Origin: a virus
Taxonomy: Duplodnaviria; Caudoviricetes
Reading direction: 5' to 3' (one strand)
Length of the DNA: 55,833 bases
Virus record (IMG/VR): IMGVR_UViG_3300021371_000019
Span: 1 to 55,833 of that record
A program made the position numbers and the translations under genes. The notes beneath the pieces are model-generated. The model saw only the letters and a program-made list of their open reading frames with translations. It made no database searches and was not told the origin of the DNA. Shown here one piece after another: positions 28,901 to 37,291 of this stretch (positions within the stretch are counted from its first letter, which is position 1; each line of letters starts with the position of its first letter).

Positions 28901-29880
28901 AACAGCAAGCAGCAATGCAAGATAATTCAAATGCTTTGCAGACTAACTTAGCTGAACTATCTTCTGAACAAAGTGCGTATATTAATAGTGCCAATGCTGC
29001 AGCCGCACTGCAAGGTCAAGTTCTTTCTAATGATCAACAAGTATCTATCGCTAATGCTGCAAGATATTCAGAAGCTGCTAACATAGAGTTTACTGCAGAA
29101 CAACAAAATGCATTGCATAACTCTAAGTTAATGTCATCCATAGGTTTAGCTGAGTTAAATGCAACTCAAGCCGCTACTTTACAAAATGCTGCAACCGTTG
29201 CTAATATGGATATCACAAATCTAAACAATCGGCAGCAAGCTGCAGTACAAAATGCTAAATCGTTCCTACAAAAAGACATGACTAATCTGAGTAACGAGCA
29301 ACAAATTGCAGTATTTAAAGCACAGGCTACACAACAGGCATTGTTATCCGATCAAGCTGCAGATAATGCTGCCAAGCAGTTTAATGCATCATCTGAGAAT
29401 CAAACTAATCAATTCTTTGCTAACCTTGAACAACAAAACAATCAGTTTAATGCTGCTCAAACTAATGCTATGGAACAAGCTAATGTCAACGCAGAAAATG
29501 CTGCACTAGAATTTAATGCTAATATTAAAAATAATCGAGAACAATTTAATGCTTCTAATTCTCTTGTTATAGCTCAAGCTAATGCGCAGTGGAAACAAAA
29601 TGTAGCTACAATAAATACAGCTGCTCAGAATGAAGCTAATGCTGCAGATGCAGCGGCTGCTAATGCTTTTACTTCTACAACAATGGACGAGGTATGGCAA
29701 CGTGAACGTGACCTTATGGACTTTGCTTTTACAGCCTCTGAAAGTGAGCAAGATAGAATTAACAATGTTGTTCTGCAAAAAATCTCTGCTGATGCAACTT
29801 TAGACGCTGCAAAATTAAAGGCAGATATGGAAGCTGATTCAACAATTGGTAGTTGGGTCAGAGATATTATTTTTACATAG
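25999..29880 (+). CDS. Large internal virion/DNA ejection protein (Gln/Ala/Asn-rich helical repeats)
   Basis: 1293 aa; NL.NRQQA repeats; SRGLGASSMAG.A motif; position after tail genes. Confidence 0.7.
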   Translation: MARFSTAQKETLRKMAEEGKLATSQLQNIMRNAEELRQLNKGGVVGFQAGGVPNPFVSYYNNQNQIISKMSSPQNNPMSGMSANEANAYKANQLNMQMGTGNPQSATYQASLGPAATNQQPAAVIRAGQPSAQQTAMQPQMQEVPADVQQRLDSRRQVLKQDRIGQAMQEKFGEQGKPDNYIPEFSSKMKALQDNMKATNSAFFTSKGIAEGDYSAMNRYMQSNPNAQQELNAALQADQQQVDALTQQLENNPEFKAYQTEAEQYQRSIDPRTGMPPKFVGGPALPPSERIDDGPIGQPSLYSGDITQQTLQDILAMSTGSSPADLQYDFNGDGKITADDANRAMKAGIGKGTVVPDSGGEGGLYDPSQGMPEKVNTDKMLEGLSWNPHSQKGIDMLLESGKLPSDEMFNKLIGLDGTEKLVPNPDKYEVSGGRENWIFTFEDGTSTVVNRYDLDKAKKTLAEEITPVISKLKERGFEEKNQQFKNQEEAYRKYISEETTGGVTGDIENIEEEYKKAQSNYKQAELELQRLKAQAEANPNDPYLKGLVEEKEKTVTDLSARIKQLEPTFKESQKTISDIMIEKAKDPASLVTKTKVDTIDPETAGTIIPEDTGQLKGDISYDPVKGVVTTSEGVEKADAATYDATTVSGKSKEELDKVEAARLDEFSDGVTFEGEQGELSEGAYADEALKVAADRIQKVNEKVDLEVTKQQLAEAKGKNLKAIQTKVAKSSALLDAIAAAHVVQPNELPTPQLIAEEDMAQAKAMTDTGLDKDAIPIAAKMASFSVDNGTLAKAAQGDVDSLATVEGQLGKLMKQFDDGTPAWAAGAIRAANAAMSSRGLGASSMAGAAILQAAMESALPIAQQDANTFAQMGMQNLNNRQQVAIANAAAQQGLQLQNLDNQQKANLQKSVNAFSLQTQNLSNRQAAEVANAQIRATLQGQNLSNRQQTNIAEAARYAEAANINLNNKQQAAMQDNSNALQTNLAELSSEQSAYINSANAAAALQGQVLSNDQQVSIANAARYSEAANIEFTAEQQNALHNSKLMSSIGLAELNATQAATLQNAATVANMDITNLNNRQQAAVQNAKSFLQKDMTNLSNEQQIAVFKAQATQQALLSDQAADNAAKQFNASSENQTNQFFANLEQQNNQFNAAQTNAMEQANVNAENAALEFNANIKNNREQFNASNSLVIAQANAQWKQNVATINTAAQNEANAADAAAANAFTSTTMDEVWQRERDLMDFAFTASESEQDRINNVVLQKISADATLDAAKLKADMEADSTIGSWVRDIIFT

Positions 29881-29887
29881 GTGAAAA

Positions 29888-30700
29888 ATGCAAAATACAA
29901 AACAACTATACAATCCTAAAGTTATTGAACAAAAAAGAGCAGCCTATAGACTTGCTAAAATGAAGCAAGACAAACGTAGAGTTCGTACATCTGGTATAAA
30001 AGAACGGTCTGAAATATCTACAGGACTTATGCAAAAAAATATGGATGCTGCTTTACAAGAAGGTTTTGAAGAAATTAAAAATGAAAGACCTAATAAAAAA
30101 ATAGACAATTGGTTAGAAAGTCTGTATAATGCACGGGAAGAAGCAATAGCTGAAGTCTCTAAACTGAACTCTAAAAAAGACTTAGGGGAGATTCGTCCTA
30201 GATCTAGAGATGAGGGTGGTCTAGATCCTAGTTTGGATGAACAGTCTAAAGAATTGTTTAGCGACCCTACCTTTAAAGAAAATTTTGATTCTATTTTACA
30301 AGAGTATCCAAGTATAAGTAAGTATGAACTACTTAGAATTATGGATGGTGAATCTAACTTTAATCCAAAAGCTAGGAATGAAGATACAAATGCATCTGGT
30401 CTTTTTCAATTTATACCTAAAGTTGCTGCTGAATTAGGGTTTACCCCAGAAGAAATTAGAGATATGCCACCATCTTCACAGTTATTAGTTTATAAAAACT
30501 ATTTAAAAAAATGGAAGTACGATGGTACTTATAGTTTAGGATTACTTCAAGCTGCACCGGGGAAAAGAAACGCCTCTCCTAACACAATTATTTACAAAAA
30601 AGGTTCAGATGCTTGGAATAAAAATCCGGGTTGGAGAGATAAAGAGACTGGTAACATAACTAAAGAAAGTATTGATGCGTATTACAGGAGAAATAAATAA
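29888..30700 (+). CDS. Virion-associated lytic transglycosylase (SLT fold)
   Basis: I...ESNFNP.A.N....ASGLFQF signature. Confidence 0.85.
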   Translation: MQNTKQLYNPKVIEQKRAAYRLAKMKQDKRRVRTSGIKERSEISTGLMQKNMDAALQEGFEEIKNERPNKKIDNWLESLYNAREEAIAEVSKLNSKKDLGEIRPRSRDEGGLDPSLDEQSKELFSDPTFKENFDSILQEYPSISKYELLRIMDGESNFNPKARNEDTNASGLFQFIPKVAAELGFTPEEIRDMPPSSQLLVYKNYLKKWKYDGTYSLGLLQAAPGKRNASPNTIIYKKGSDAWNKNPGWRDKETGNITKESIDAYYRRNK

Positions 30701-31224
30701 TGTTTGAGGCACCTATACCCGGACAGTCTTTAACAAAAGAACCTAAAAACTACCCTTGGGAAAAACCCCCAGAAATGGTAGATGTAGATGAGGTTGTTGG
30801 CTTTCATTTAAACAAACTAACTGAAGAAAAATCTTTAGATAATATCCTACTTTTACTTGAGTCAGGTATGCCTGTTAATACTTTTGTTGAAATATTTTTA
30901 ACCAGTGCTGTAATGACTGGTCTTCATACTATTGATGTAAGTATGCTTGTCGCACCAGTGCTACATGAATATGTAGTAAACATTGCAGAAAGTTCTAATA
31001 TTGATTTTAAAGAGTTCTTTTCTGAAGATGAAGAAGGTAAGATAAATAGTAAAGTAGACCTTCTTCTTAAAAAATCTTTAAAAGAAACCCCTGAAGATGA
31101 GCAAGATTCTGGTTATGAATTAGTACAAAAAATGTCTGAGGCTATTAAAGAGAAACCTGTATCAGAAAAAGTTGTAGATCAAAAACCAAAAGGTTTAATG
31201 AGTAGAGGAAGTTCTGATGTTTAA
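30700..31224 (+). CDS. Conserved phage protein, probably internal virion
   Basis: APIPGQSLT.EP..YPWE.PP start; PKGLMSR end. Confidence 0.7.
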   Translation: MFEAPIPGQSLTKEPKNYPWEKPPEMVDVDEVVGFHLNKLTEEKSLDNILLLLESGMPVNTFVEIFLTSAVMTGLHTIDVSMLVAPVLHEYVVNIAESSNIDFKEFFSEDEEGKINSKVDLLLKKSLKETPEDEQDSGYELVQKMSEAIKEKPVSEKVVDQKPKGLMSRGSSDV

Positions 31225-32128
31225 TTGGAAACAAGTTGCGGCAGGATATGCTGAAAGAGATATGGAAATAAAAGATGCTAGAGATGCATTCACTAAAGAA
31301 ATGTCTCTTACTAGCAGAAAATATCTTATGGAAAGTGGTGTAGAAAAACTAGAATCTATTAGAAAAAGACGTTCAGAAAGAATGTCTAAGATACAATTAG
31401 CTGGTAACTTTGGTATTTCTAAAGAAGCTGCAGTTGTAATGGATGCAAGTGGAGATTTAGATATAGCTTTAAATCACCTTAGTAAATTAAAACCTACAGA
31501 AATAAACAAAGATAATATTAAGGCTATAAGTGAAACTGTTTTATCTAGTTATCCAGAAGAAGTTAAATCTAAAATCTTAGCCAATAGTTTATTATTAGGA
31601 ACAGACTTTGATCCTGCAGATTTAGGGATGCAGCTTGCAATGGCTGCATTTGATCCAGATCAAACGCTAGAGGATATTAAAAAAATATATGGTCAAATAC
31701 CTTCTGATGATAGTAGTATTAGAATACCTTCAGCTAATGTACCATTAAGAAGTGCTATAAATATACCACCCACAGAAATGAACACCGTAAATAAACTTAT
31801 TAACAGTTCATTAAATGGTATTATAGGAGACTTTCAATCTGATACAAATAGATGGGTTTGGAATGACCCAGATAATGGGAATAGAATAATAAGAGAACTT
31901 CAAGATGTTTATCGAACAGCTTACTCTGATACAACTTACTCTGGAAATCCTTTAGATATTTTAAGTGATGTTATTAATAATGTTAGTGATCAAATACGAA
32001 GTGGGGGTAATCAACTTGCTGATGTCGTAGTTTCTTTAGATCCTATACCCACACCTTCAGTTCCTCCTCCCCGTATAGATAACCCTTTTGAAAATGAAGA
32101 TGATATATTAGATAACGCACTAAACTAA
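31217..32128 (+). CDS. Putative internal virion protein
   Basis: 303-aa helical ORF in the ejection-protein block. Confidence 0.65.
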   Translation: MFNWKQVAAGYAERDMEIKDARDAFTKEMSLTSRKYLMESGVEKLESIRKRRSERMSKIQLAGNFGISKEAAVVMDASGDLDIALNHLSKLKPTEINKDNIKAISETVLSSYPEEVKSKILANSLLLGTDFDPADLGMQLAMAAFDPDQTLEDIKKIYGQIPSDDSSIRIPSANVPLRSAINIPPTEMNTVNKLINSSLNGIIGDFQSDTNRWVWNDPDNGNRIIRELQDVYRTAYSDTTYSGNPLDILSDVINNVSDQIRSGGNQLADVVVSLDPIPTPSVPPPRIDNPFENEDDILDNALN

Positions 32129-32141
32129 TAAAGGACTTGTT

Positions 32142-35100
32142 GTGACCTCTTACTTAGAAAACATAGAAGAAAAAAACTTTATGGATCTTCTTAAAGAAGA
32201 TGATTTTAAAGTAGATCTTGTTAGGTTTTTTTCTGGTGGCAGATATAATATGTCCAAAGCAGAAATGAAAGAACAAGGTTTTGAAAAGCTTGCTCAAAAG
32301 TTTGCTGAACATATGCGATTTCAATCTGCACATGATGCAACTGCATTAAAAGATTTAAACTATGTAAGAGATAAGGGTGCAAACATTTTAGGTAAGCAAT
32401 CCTTTGGTAATCTTATTCAAGCTTGGGATAATGTAGAGTCTGTAGGTAAAACAGAAACTGCTGGGTGGAGAGATACTGCTACAGCTGACTATGCAGAGGC
32501 AATAATTAAATCTCCATCTACATTTTTAGGTATGGGTAGCTTTGGTCTATCTAAGGCAGCAGCTAAAGCAGCTACAAAAGGTACTCAAATACTAGTACGT
32601 AAACAATTAAAAGATTACTTTACTAAGAATGTAATGATTAAAGGTGCTGCCACTGGTGCTGTAACAGAGGGTGCTATTGGTGCAGCTACCGCTGGTGCAG
32701 CAGGAGAGGCTCGTGAAGACCTGTCGGATATGGGAGCTTACACAGAAGGCTACGACTACACGACATCAGATCTAGCTAAAGATGCAGCGATTAGTGCTAC
32801 TCTGGGTGCTGCAGGTGGTAGCTTAGGTGCGTTACTAACAAAGAAAAAAGCAATTAATGTTGAAGAGTTAATTAGTCAACAACAAAAAACTAATGCAGCT
32901 AATGCTAAAAAAGCTAACGCTAAGTCTAAAGAAACTTTAGAAAATGCAAGTGCTGAAAGAAGTGACTTCGCAGTTAATAGAACATTAGATATGGAAGCTA
33001 CCTTAGCTGCTAGGAAAGGTGACAGGACTAAGGGTGTATTAAAAGATGCACTAGATCCAGATAAAGTTAAGCAGGGTGAAGCACTTAAACGATCTTTGCT
33101 TGATACTTCTGTCGAATCTTCTCTTAGTTCTGGTTTAGATTTAACTACTCTTAGATCTATTACCGCAGCAACAATAGAGTTAGCAGAGACAATTGATTTA
33201 AAACCAAATGAAAGAATTACGTCTAAGATATCTTCGTTAATAGATGGTGGAGATATAGATGTAACGAAAATTGTACCAGAGTTAATGGAAAAATATGATT
33301 TAACTAACGAACAGTTTTCTTTAATTTACTTAGCTGATCTTTCTGAAGCAGGTAAAAAACTCGCTGAAGCTTCTAAGGTATCTAGGGCAGTAGGTAAGAC
33401 TCCAGAGGTAGCGGCATCAGACACTTTAAATGCAAGTTTAAATACACTATCTTCAAGAGGATTGTCTACAATAGATGATTTAAAAGCTGCAGAAATAACT
33501 GCAAATGTAATTAAAAATTCTGCAGTTACTAGTGGTATTAGTAAGCCAGTTAAATATGCTTATAATACTTTACAAGAAATAGATCAGATGCGTATTGCAT
33601 TTATGACATCTCAGCCAGCAACTACAGCACGTAACGTTACTTCTACTGCTTTATTAGCTGCGGTTGAAATGTCAGATGAGTTCTACAGAGGAATGTATAG
33701 AACAATTACTCGTCAAGAAGGTAGTGGACTAGGTAACACTGTTCGTAATATGACTGCCACACTTCGTGGCATGTCTATGGATAGTGCAACTGCACAAGTG
33801 GCAAGAGAAATGCTAGAGCTAGAGATGCCTGACTCTTACGCCAGAACATTTCATGAGACTATGAGATCTGAGATGTCTGGTCAAAGTCAATCCGCTTTTG
33901 CTAAGGCAGGTAGATTTGTAAACATATTAAACACTGCTACAGATACTGTGTTTAAAGAGGCTGCATTCTTTGGAAGTTTAGACAGGCAGTTACGTACATT
34001 AAATAATAAAGAACTGGGTACAAATGTAAAAGATTTTATTATTAATAAAGGTAAACTAGATAAACTAGATAAAAGCATTGTGGATAAAGCGTTAGATGAT
34101 GCTAACAGATTTACAATGCAAAGAACATATATGGGAGATGAGTCTATTTTTGGGGCAGGTGCTAGAATGGCTTCCGATGTAAATAAAAAACTTCCTTTTG
34201 TAATGTCAGGAGTTTTTGGCGTACCTTTTCCTAGATATGTAGCTAATCATATTGAAATGATTGCAGACTATACCCCACTATTAGGTGAAATTACTAACAA
34301 ACTAGAAAAAGTAAATGTGGGTAAGGGAAGAATAAAGTATGTTACTGGTGATCCTTATAAATCTTTAGAGGATAGAAGGGTAAGACAAGTAACTGGGGCT
34401 AGTCTAATAGCACTTGGATATGTACTTGCTAAAAGTAAAGAAGGTAAAGTAGATTACAAGTCTCTTGAAAATGAGATTAAAGGTGATGAAGATATTTCAT
34501 CGTCATTAGGTTTTATAATCGCACCAATATTTATTGGTGATCAATGGTACAGATACAACAATAACCTTGGCCTTATGGATCAAGGAGATTTTGGAATGCT
34601 TGGTGAAGTTGGATCTGTTATGGGTGGGTTAAATGATATGGGTGCAGATATATCTGGACTTAGAGAACTTTATAAATCATGGGAAGAGGATGGAGTAACA
34701 GAAGAGCTAGAAAAAATAGCTGGTAACATTGTATCTACGTTTACCTACCCGATACCTTTTCAGTTGGCTAAAGATATTAAAGGTCAAACAACTTATGAAT
34801 CTGCTGGTGCTCCATACACAAGAGACTTAGCTAAAGGAACTGATGTCAGTTCTTTTGAAACACCTCAAGGAACTTTTTTAAGTAGGGCAACTAGGTTTCT
34901 ACCAGACTATGCTACCATGCTAGATGGTACAAAGCTTCAGTATTCGCAGGAAGGTTCTGCAAAAGGATATGACGTACCTTACTATGGTATTTTTAATCCT
35001 AATGCTATTGGTAAAATGAATCCACTAAAGAAAACTTTTACTGGCTTGTCTTCTTCACCACCTAAAACAGAAATAGAAAAAGAAATAAATAAACTAGGTT

Positions 35101-35591
35101 TAAAAGAGTATCAACTGTATGGTAGCAGTAGAGTTGATAATCCTGTCATTGATTACTTTGTTCGTGCAAGACTGTCTCAAAACTTACACTTAAAGTTTAA
35201 AAACTTTAGATCAGAACAAGTACCTACTCGTGCAAAAGCAACTCAAAAAGTCTATGATGAAATAACAGACATAGATGAAAAAAGAGAATATTTTAAAGCT
35301 TTTATTAACAACGAAATTAAAAGAGAAGTTAATCTTGCGACAGATATGTTGTCTAATATGTTAGCAAAAAATCCAGTTAAAGCTGCAGGTTATTTAAGAA
35401 ATGTCTACTATCTTAAACGTGCAGAATATGGAGCAGAAAAATTTAATGAGGCAGCTTCTGCTCAGACCAACGGTAAATATAGCACATCTCAAGACTATAT
35501 TGCTGACGCTGAAAGCGTTGCAAATGAATTAGAAAGACGTCAAATATTAATGTTTAGAACACAAGCTATGAATCCAAAAGGTATTAACTAG
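32142..35591 (+). CDS. Large internal virion/ejection protein
   Basis: 1149 aa, last gene of the late arm, Gly/Ala-rich hydrophobic segments; GTG start with AAGGA RBS. Confidence 0.7.
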   Translation: MTSYLENIEEKNFMDLLKEDDFKVDLVRFFSGGRYNMSKAEMKEQGFEKLAQKFAEHMRFQSAHDATALKDLNYVRDKGANILGKQSFGNLIQAWDNVESVGKTETAGWRDTATADYAEAIIKSPSTFLGMGSFGLSKAAAKAATKGTQILVRKQLKDYFTKNVMIKGAATGAVTEGAIGAATAGAAGEAREDLSDMGAYTEGYDYTTSDLAKDAAISATLGAAGGSLGALLTKKKAINVEELISQQQKTNAANAKKANAKSKETLENASAERSDFAVNRTLDMEATLAARKGDRTKGVLKDALDPDKVKQGEALKRSLLDTSVESSLSSGLDLTTLRSITAATIELAETIDLKPNERITSKISSLIDGGDIDVTKIVPELMEKYDLTNEQFSLIYLADLSEAGKKLAEASKVSRAVGKTPEVAASDTLNASLNTLSSRGLSTIDDLKAAEITANVIKNSAVTSGISKPVKYAYNTLQEIDQMRIAFMTSQPATTARNVTSTALLAAVEMSDEFYRGMYRTITRQEGSGLGNTVRNMTATLRGMSMDSATAQVAREMLELEMPDSYARTFHETMRSEMSGQSQSAFAKAGRFVNILNTATDTVFKEAAFFGSLDRQLRTLNNKELGTNVKDFIINKGKLDKLDKSIVDKALDDANRFTMQRTYMGDESIFGAGARMASDVNKKLPFVMSGVFGVPFPRYVANHIEMIADYTPLLGEITNKLEKVNVGKGRIKYVTGDPYKSLEDRRVRQVTGASLIALGYVLAKSKEGKVDYKSLENEIKGDEDISSSLGFIIAPIFIGDQWYRYNNNLGLMDQGDFGMLGEVGSVMGGLNDMGADISGLRELYKSWEEDGVTEELEKIAGNIVSTFTYPIPFQLAKDIKGQTTYESAGAPYTRDLAKGTDVSSFETPQGTFLSRATRFLPDYATMLDGTKLQYSQEGSAKGYDVPYYGIFNPNAIGKMNPLKKTFTGLSSSPPKTEIEKEINKLGLKEYQLYGSSRVDNPVIDYFVRARLSQNLHLKFKNFRSEQVPTRAKATQKVYDEITDIDEKREYFKAFINNEIKREVNLATDMLSNMLAKNPVKAAGYLRNVYYLKRAEYGAEKFNEAASAQTNGKYSTSQDYIADAESVANELERRQILMFRTQAMNPKGIN

Positions 35592-35790
35592 TATCGTCAT
35601 CTAGCATGTAGTCTGCCCACTCATATGCAGCCTTCTTTATATCTATCATTTGTGCACCTCTACTATTAACAAGTAACCCAGCTAGGGCTTGCCCAGCTAG
35701 GTAACGTCTTGCAGTCAAAGGCTTAGTGTCTTTGGGAGTACGTTTACTTTGTACGTACTTCTTAGCTTCTGTTTCTAATTTTGTTTTCAT
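35584..35790 (-). CDS. Hypothetical protein
   Basis: R.Y.AGQALAGLL...AY..AD.ML motif common in phage small proteins. Confidence 0.75.
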   Translation of the reverse strand: MKTKLETEAKKYVQSKRTPKDTKPLTARRYLAGQALAGLLVNSRGAQMIDIKKAAYEWADYMLDDDTS

Positions 35791-35932
35791 TCTCTAAAAC
35801 TTTTTCTAGATTTGCAAAGTAGGCTCTGTTGAAACCAAACTCCCAATCACGATTATCTTTAGTATTAGGACGGTAGGGATTCCCTAACCGTCCTTTTTTA
35901 AATGCTTCTATACCTCTTTGAAAAGGTTTCAT
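35762..35932 (-). CDS. 56-aa Rmf/CrpP-fold-like protein (not in ORF track)
   Basis: MKPFQRGIEAFKKGRLGNPYRPNTKDNRDWEFGFNRAYF...; ATGA overlap, AAGGAG RBS. Confidence 0.7.
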   Translation of the reverse strand: MKPFQRGIEAFKKGRLGNPYRPNTKDNRDWEFGFNRAYFANLEKVLENENKIRNRS

Positions 35933-36162
35933 TTATGAATCTCCTTCATAGTTTCTAGCATCTTACGTAAGTACCACTCAGCTTTTTCTATATCCTCAAC
36001 AGGATTACCTTTGTACCCATGACGGTGTTGATACTTAATTAAATTACCATGACAGTAACCCTTGAACTCTTCAGGTGTAAGTACCTGTTTAATGTAATCA
36101 ATACACTCAATGCCATCACCTAGTTTATAGTGGGCAGGATTATTTACCGCATCATAACTCAT
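35929..36162 (-). CDS. DUF3310 protein (T7 gp1.7 nucleotide kinase-like)
   Basis: D.VN.P.HY...IECID...G...GN.IKY..R...K...ED..KA.WYL. Confidence 0.88.
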   Translation of the reverse strand: MSYDAVNNPAHYKLGDGIECIDYIKQVLTPEEFKGYCHGNLIKYQHRHGYKGNPVEDIEKAEWYLRKMLETMKEIHK

Positions 36163-36605
36163 CGTATTTCTACTAGCTCCGCTTCTGTATAAGGAATGTG
36201 AAAGAACAATTCTCCTTTTCGTATGTATCTACCTTTTGCTTCTCCTAAACTTTCTTGTGTTAGCTTGGTATCTTTAATACGCCAAGCTTGTTTCATGTCA
36301 CTACGAAATACATAGAAATTAAGAACCCCATTTGTTCCCTCGTATTTATCTAGTAGTCTTTGTTTTCTTTCTGGTATTCTAATCTCAGCCCAATGCTCAG
36401 GCCAATCCTCATCCCATGCTACCTTTACTTCCGCTTCGTTGAAGTAAGTATATCCATCTTTTTCTGAAACTACATCAGCGTAATAGTCTTCTTTATCTTG
36501 AAGAATTGTATGACCTTTAGATTCTAAGTGTTTGACCAGAGCTTCTTTAGCTTTGCCATCGTAGGCTTTGTAAAGAGAACGATTAAACTTTTTTCTTACT
36601 GCCAT
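36159..36605 (-). CDS. Putative PD-(D/E)xK nuclease-fold protein
   Basis: YYAD...EAEVK pattern. Confidence 0.55.
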   Translation of the reverse strand: MAVRKKFNRSLYKAYDGKAKEALVKHLESKGHTILQDKEDYYADVVSEKDGYTYFNEAEVKVAWDEDWPEHWAEIRIPERKQRLLDKYEGTNGVLNFYVFRSDMKQAWRIKDTKLTQESLGEAKGRYIRKGELFFHIPYTEAELVEIR

Positions 36606-36619
36606 TTTTAGTATCCTTA

Positions 36620-37000
36620 TTATTTACCAGTTAAGTATTTAAGTGCTCTTTGAACCCCTTCTTTATTGTCACCTAGTAATGCAATACCAGAATTACATTT
36701 ACCGCAGAGCCAACCTCTGAATGAAAGTGTATCATGACAATGATCTAAGTTCAAGTCTTTATTATCAAAATCTTTTCTGCAACACTCACAAAAACCAAGC
36801 TTCTTTGGTGCAGTATCGTGAAGATTTTTTAGTATTAAGTTCTCCTCTTTTTCACACGTCTTACAAGACTTAACCCTGTAGTTATTTACTCTGTCTGACC
36901 TGTGTCTAAAGTTACTCAGGGGTAAATACTTTTTACAGTTTCTACATTGAACATCTCCATCTGATTTACTCTCAACTATGGGGAATAATTCTAGTTGCAT
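36620..37000 (-). CDS. Endonuclease VII-like (HNH/zinc) protein
   Basis: CxxC pairs; LDHCH....RGWLC..CN..I.LLGDN. Confidence 0.88.
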   Translation of the reverse strand: MQLELFPIVESKSDGDVQCRNCKKYLPLSNFRHRSDRVNNYRVKSCKTCEKEENLILKNLHDTAPKKLGFCECCRKDFDNKDLNLDHCHDTLSFRGWLCGKCNSGIALLGDNKEGVQRALKYLTGK

Positions 37001-37188
37001 TAGACACCTTTAGGTATTTCAAAACAATATGTATTTGCTGTAGCATCTGGTGATGGCTTAGTGCTCACCAATCTATCTTCCATTGTTGTAGCTACTTGTA
37101 TACAAGTTTCATAATCTGGAAACAGAGAGTGAAAAGCTTGTACTTTCATATTCCCTTGAAAGGTCATGATGAGCACTAGCACATACAT
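37000..37188 (-). CDS. Hypothetical small protein
   Basis: Hydrophobic N-terminus, two Cys; coupled. Confidence 0.65.
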   Translation of the reverse strand: MYVLVLIMTFQGNMKVQAFHSLFPDYETCIQVATTMEDRLVSTKPSPDATANTYCFEIPKGV

Positions 37189-37280
37189 TAGAACAGACCT
37201 GAGATCATATCCACTGCTAGTGGGATAACAAGATCTGCTACTACTATTGCACCTGCAATAAATGTCATTACTTCAAACAT
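37188..37280 (-). CDS. 30-aa hydrophobic peptide (not in ORF track)
   Basis: AAGGAG RBS; MFEVMTFIAGAIVVADLVIPLAVDMISGLF; TAATG coupling. Confidence 0.65.
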   Translation of the reverse strand: MFEVMTFIAGAIVVADLVIPLAVDMISGLF

Positions 37281-37291
37281 ATTTTTCTCCT

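Noticed and set aside
36620-37000. Intron- or intein-associated homing endonuclease
   Set aside because: Free-standing ORF; nrdJ, polA and terL are uninterrupted and of normal length
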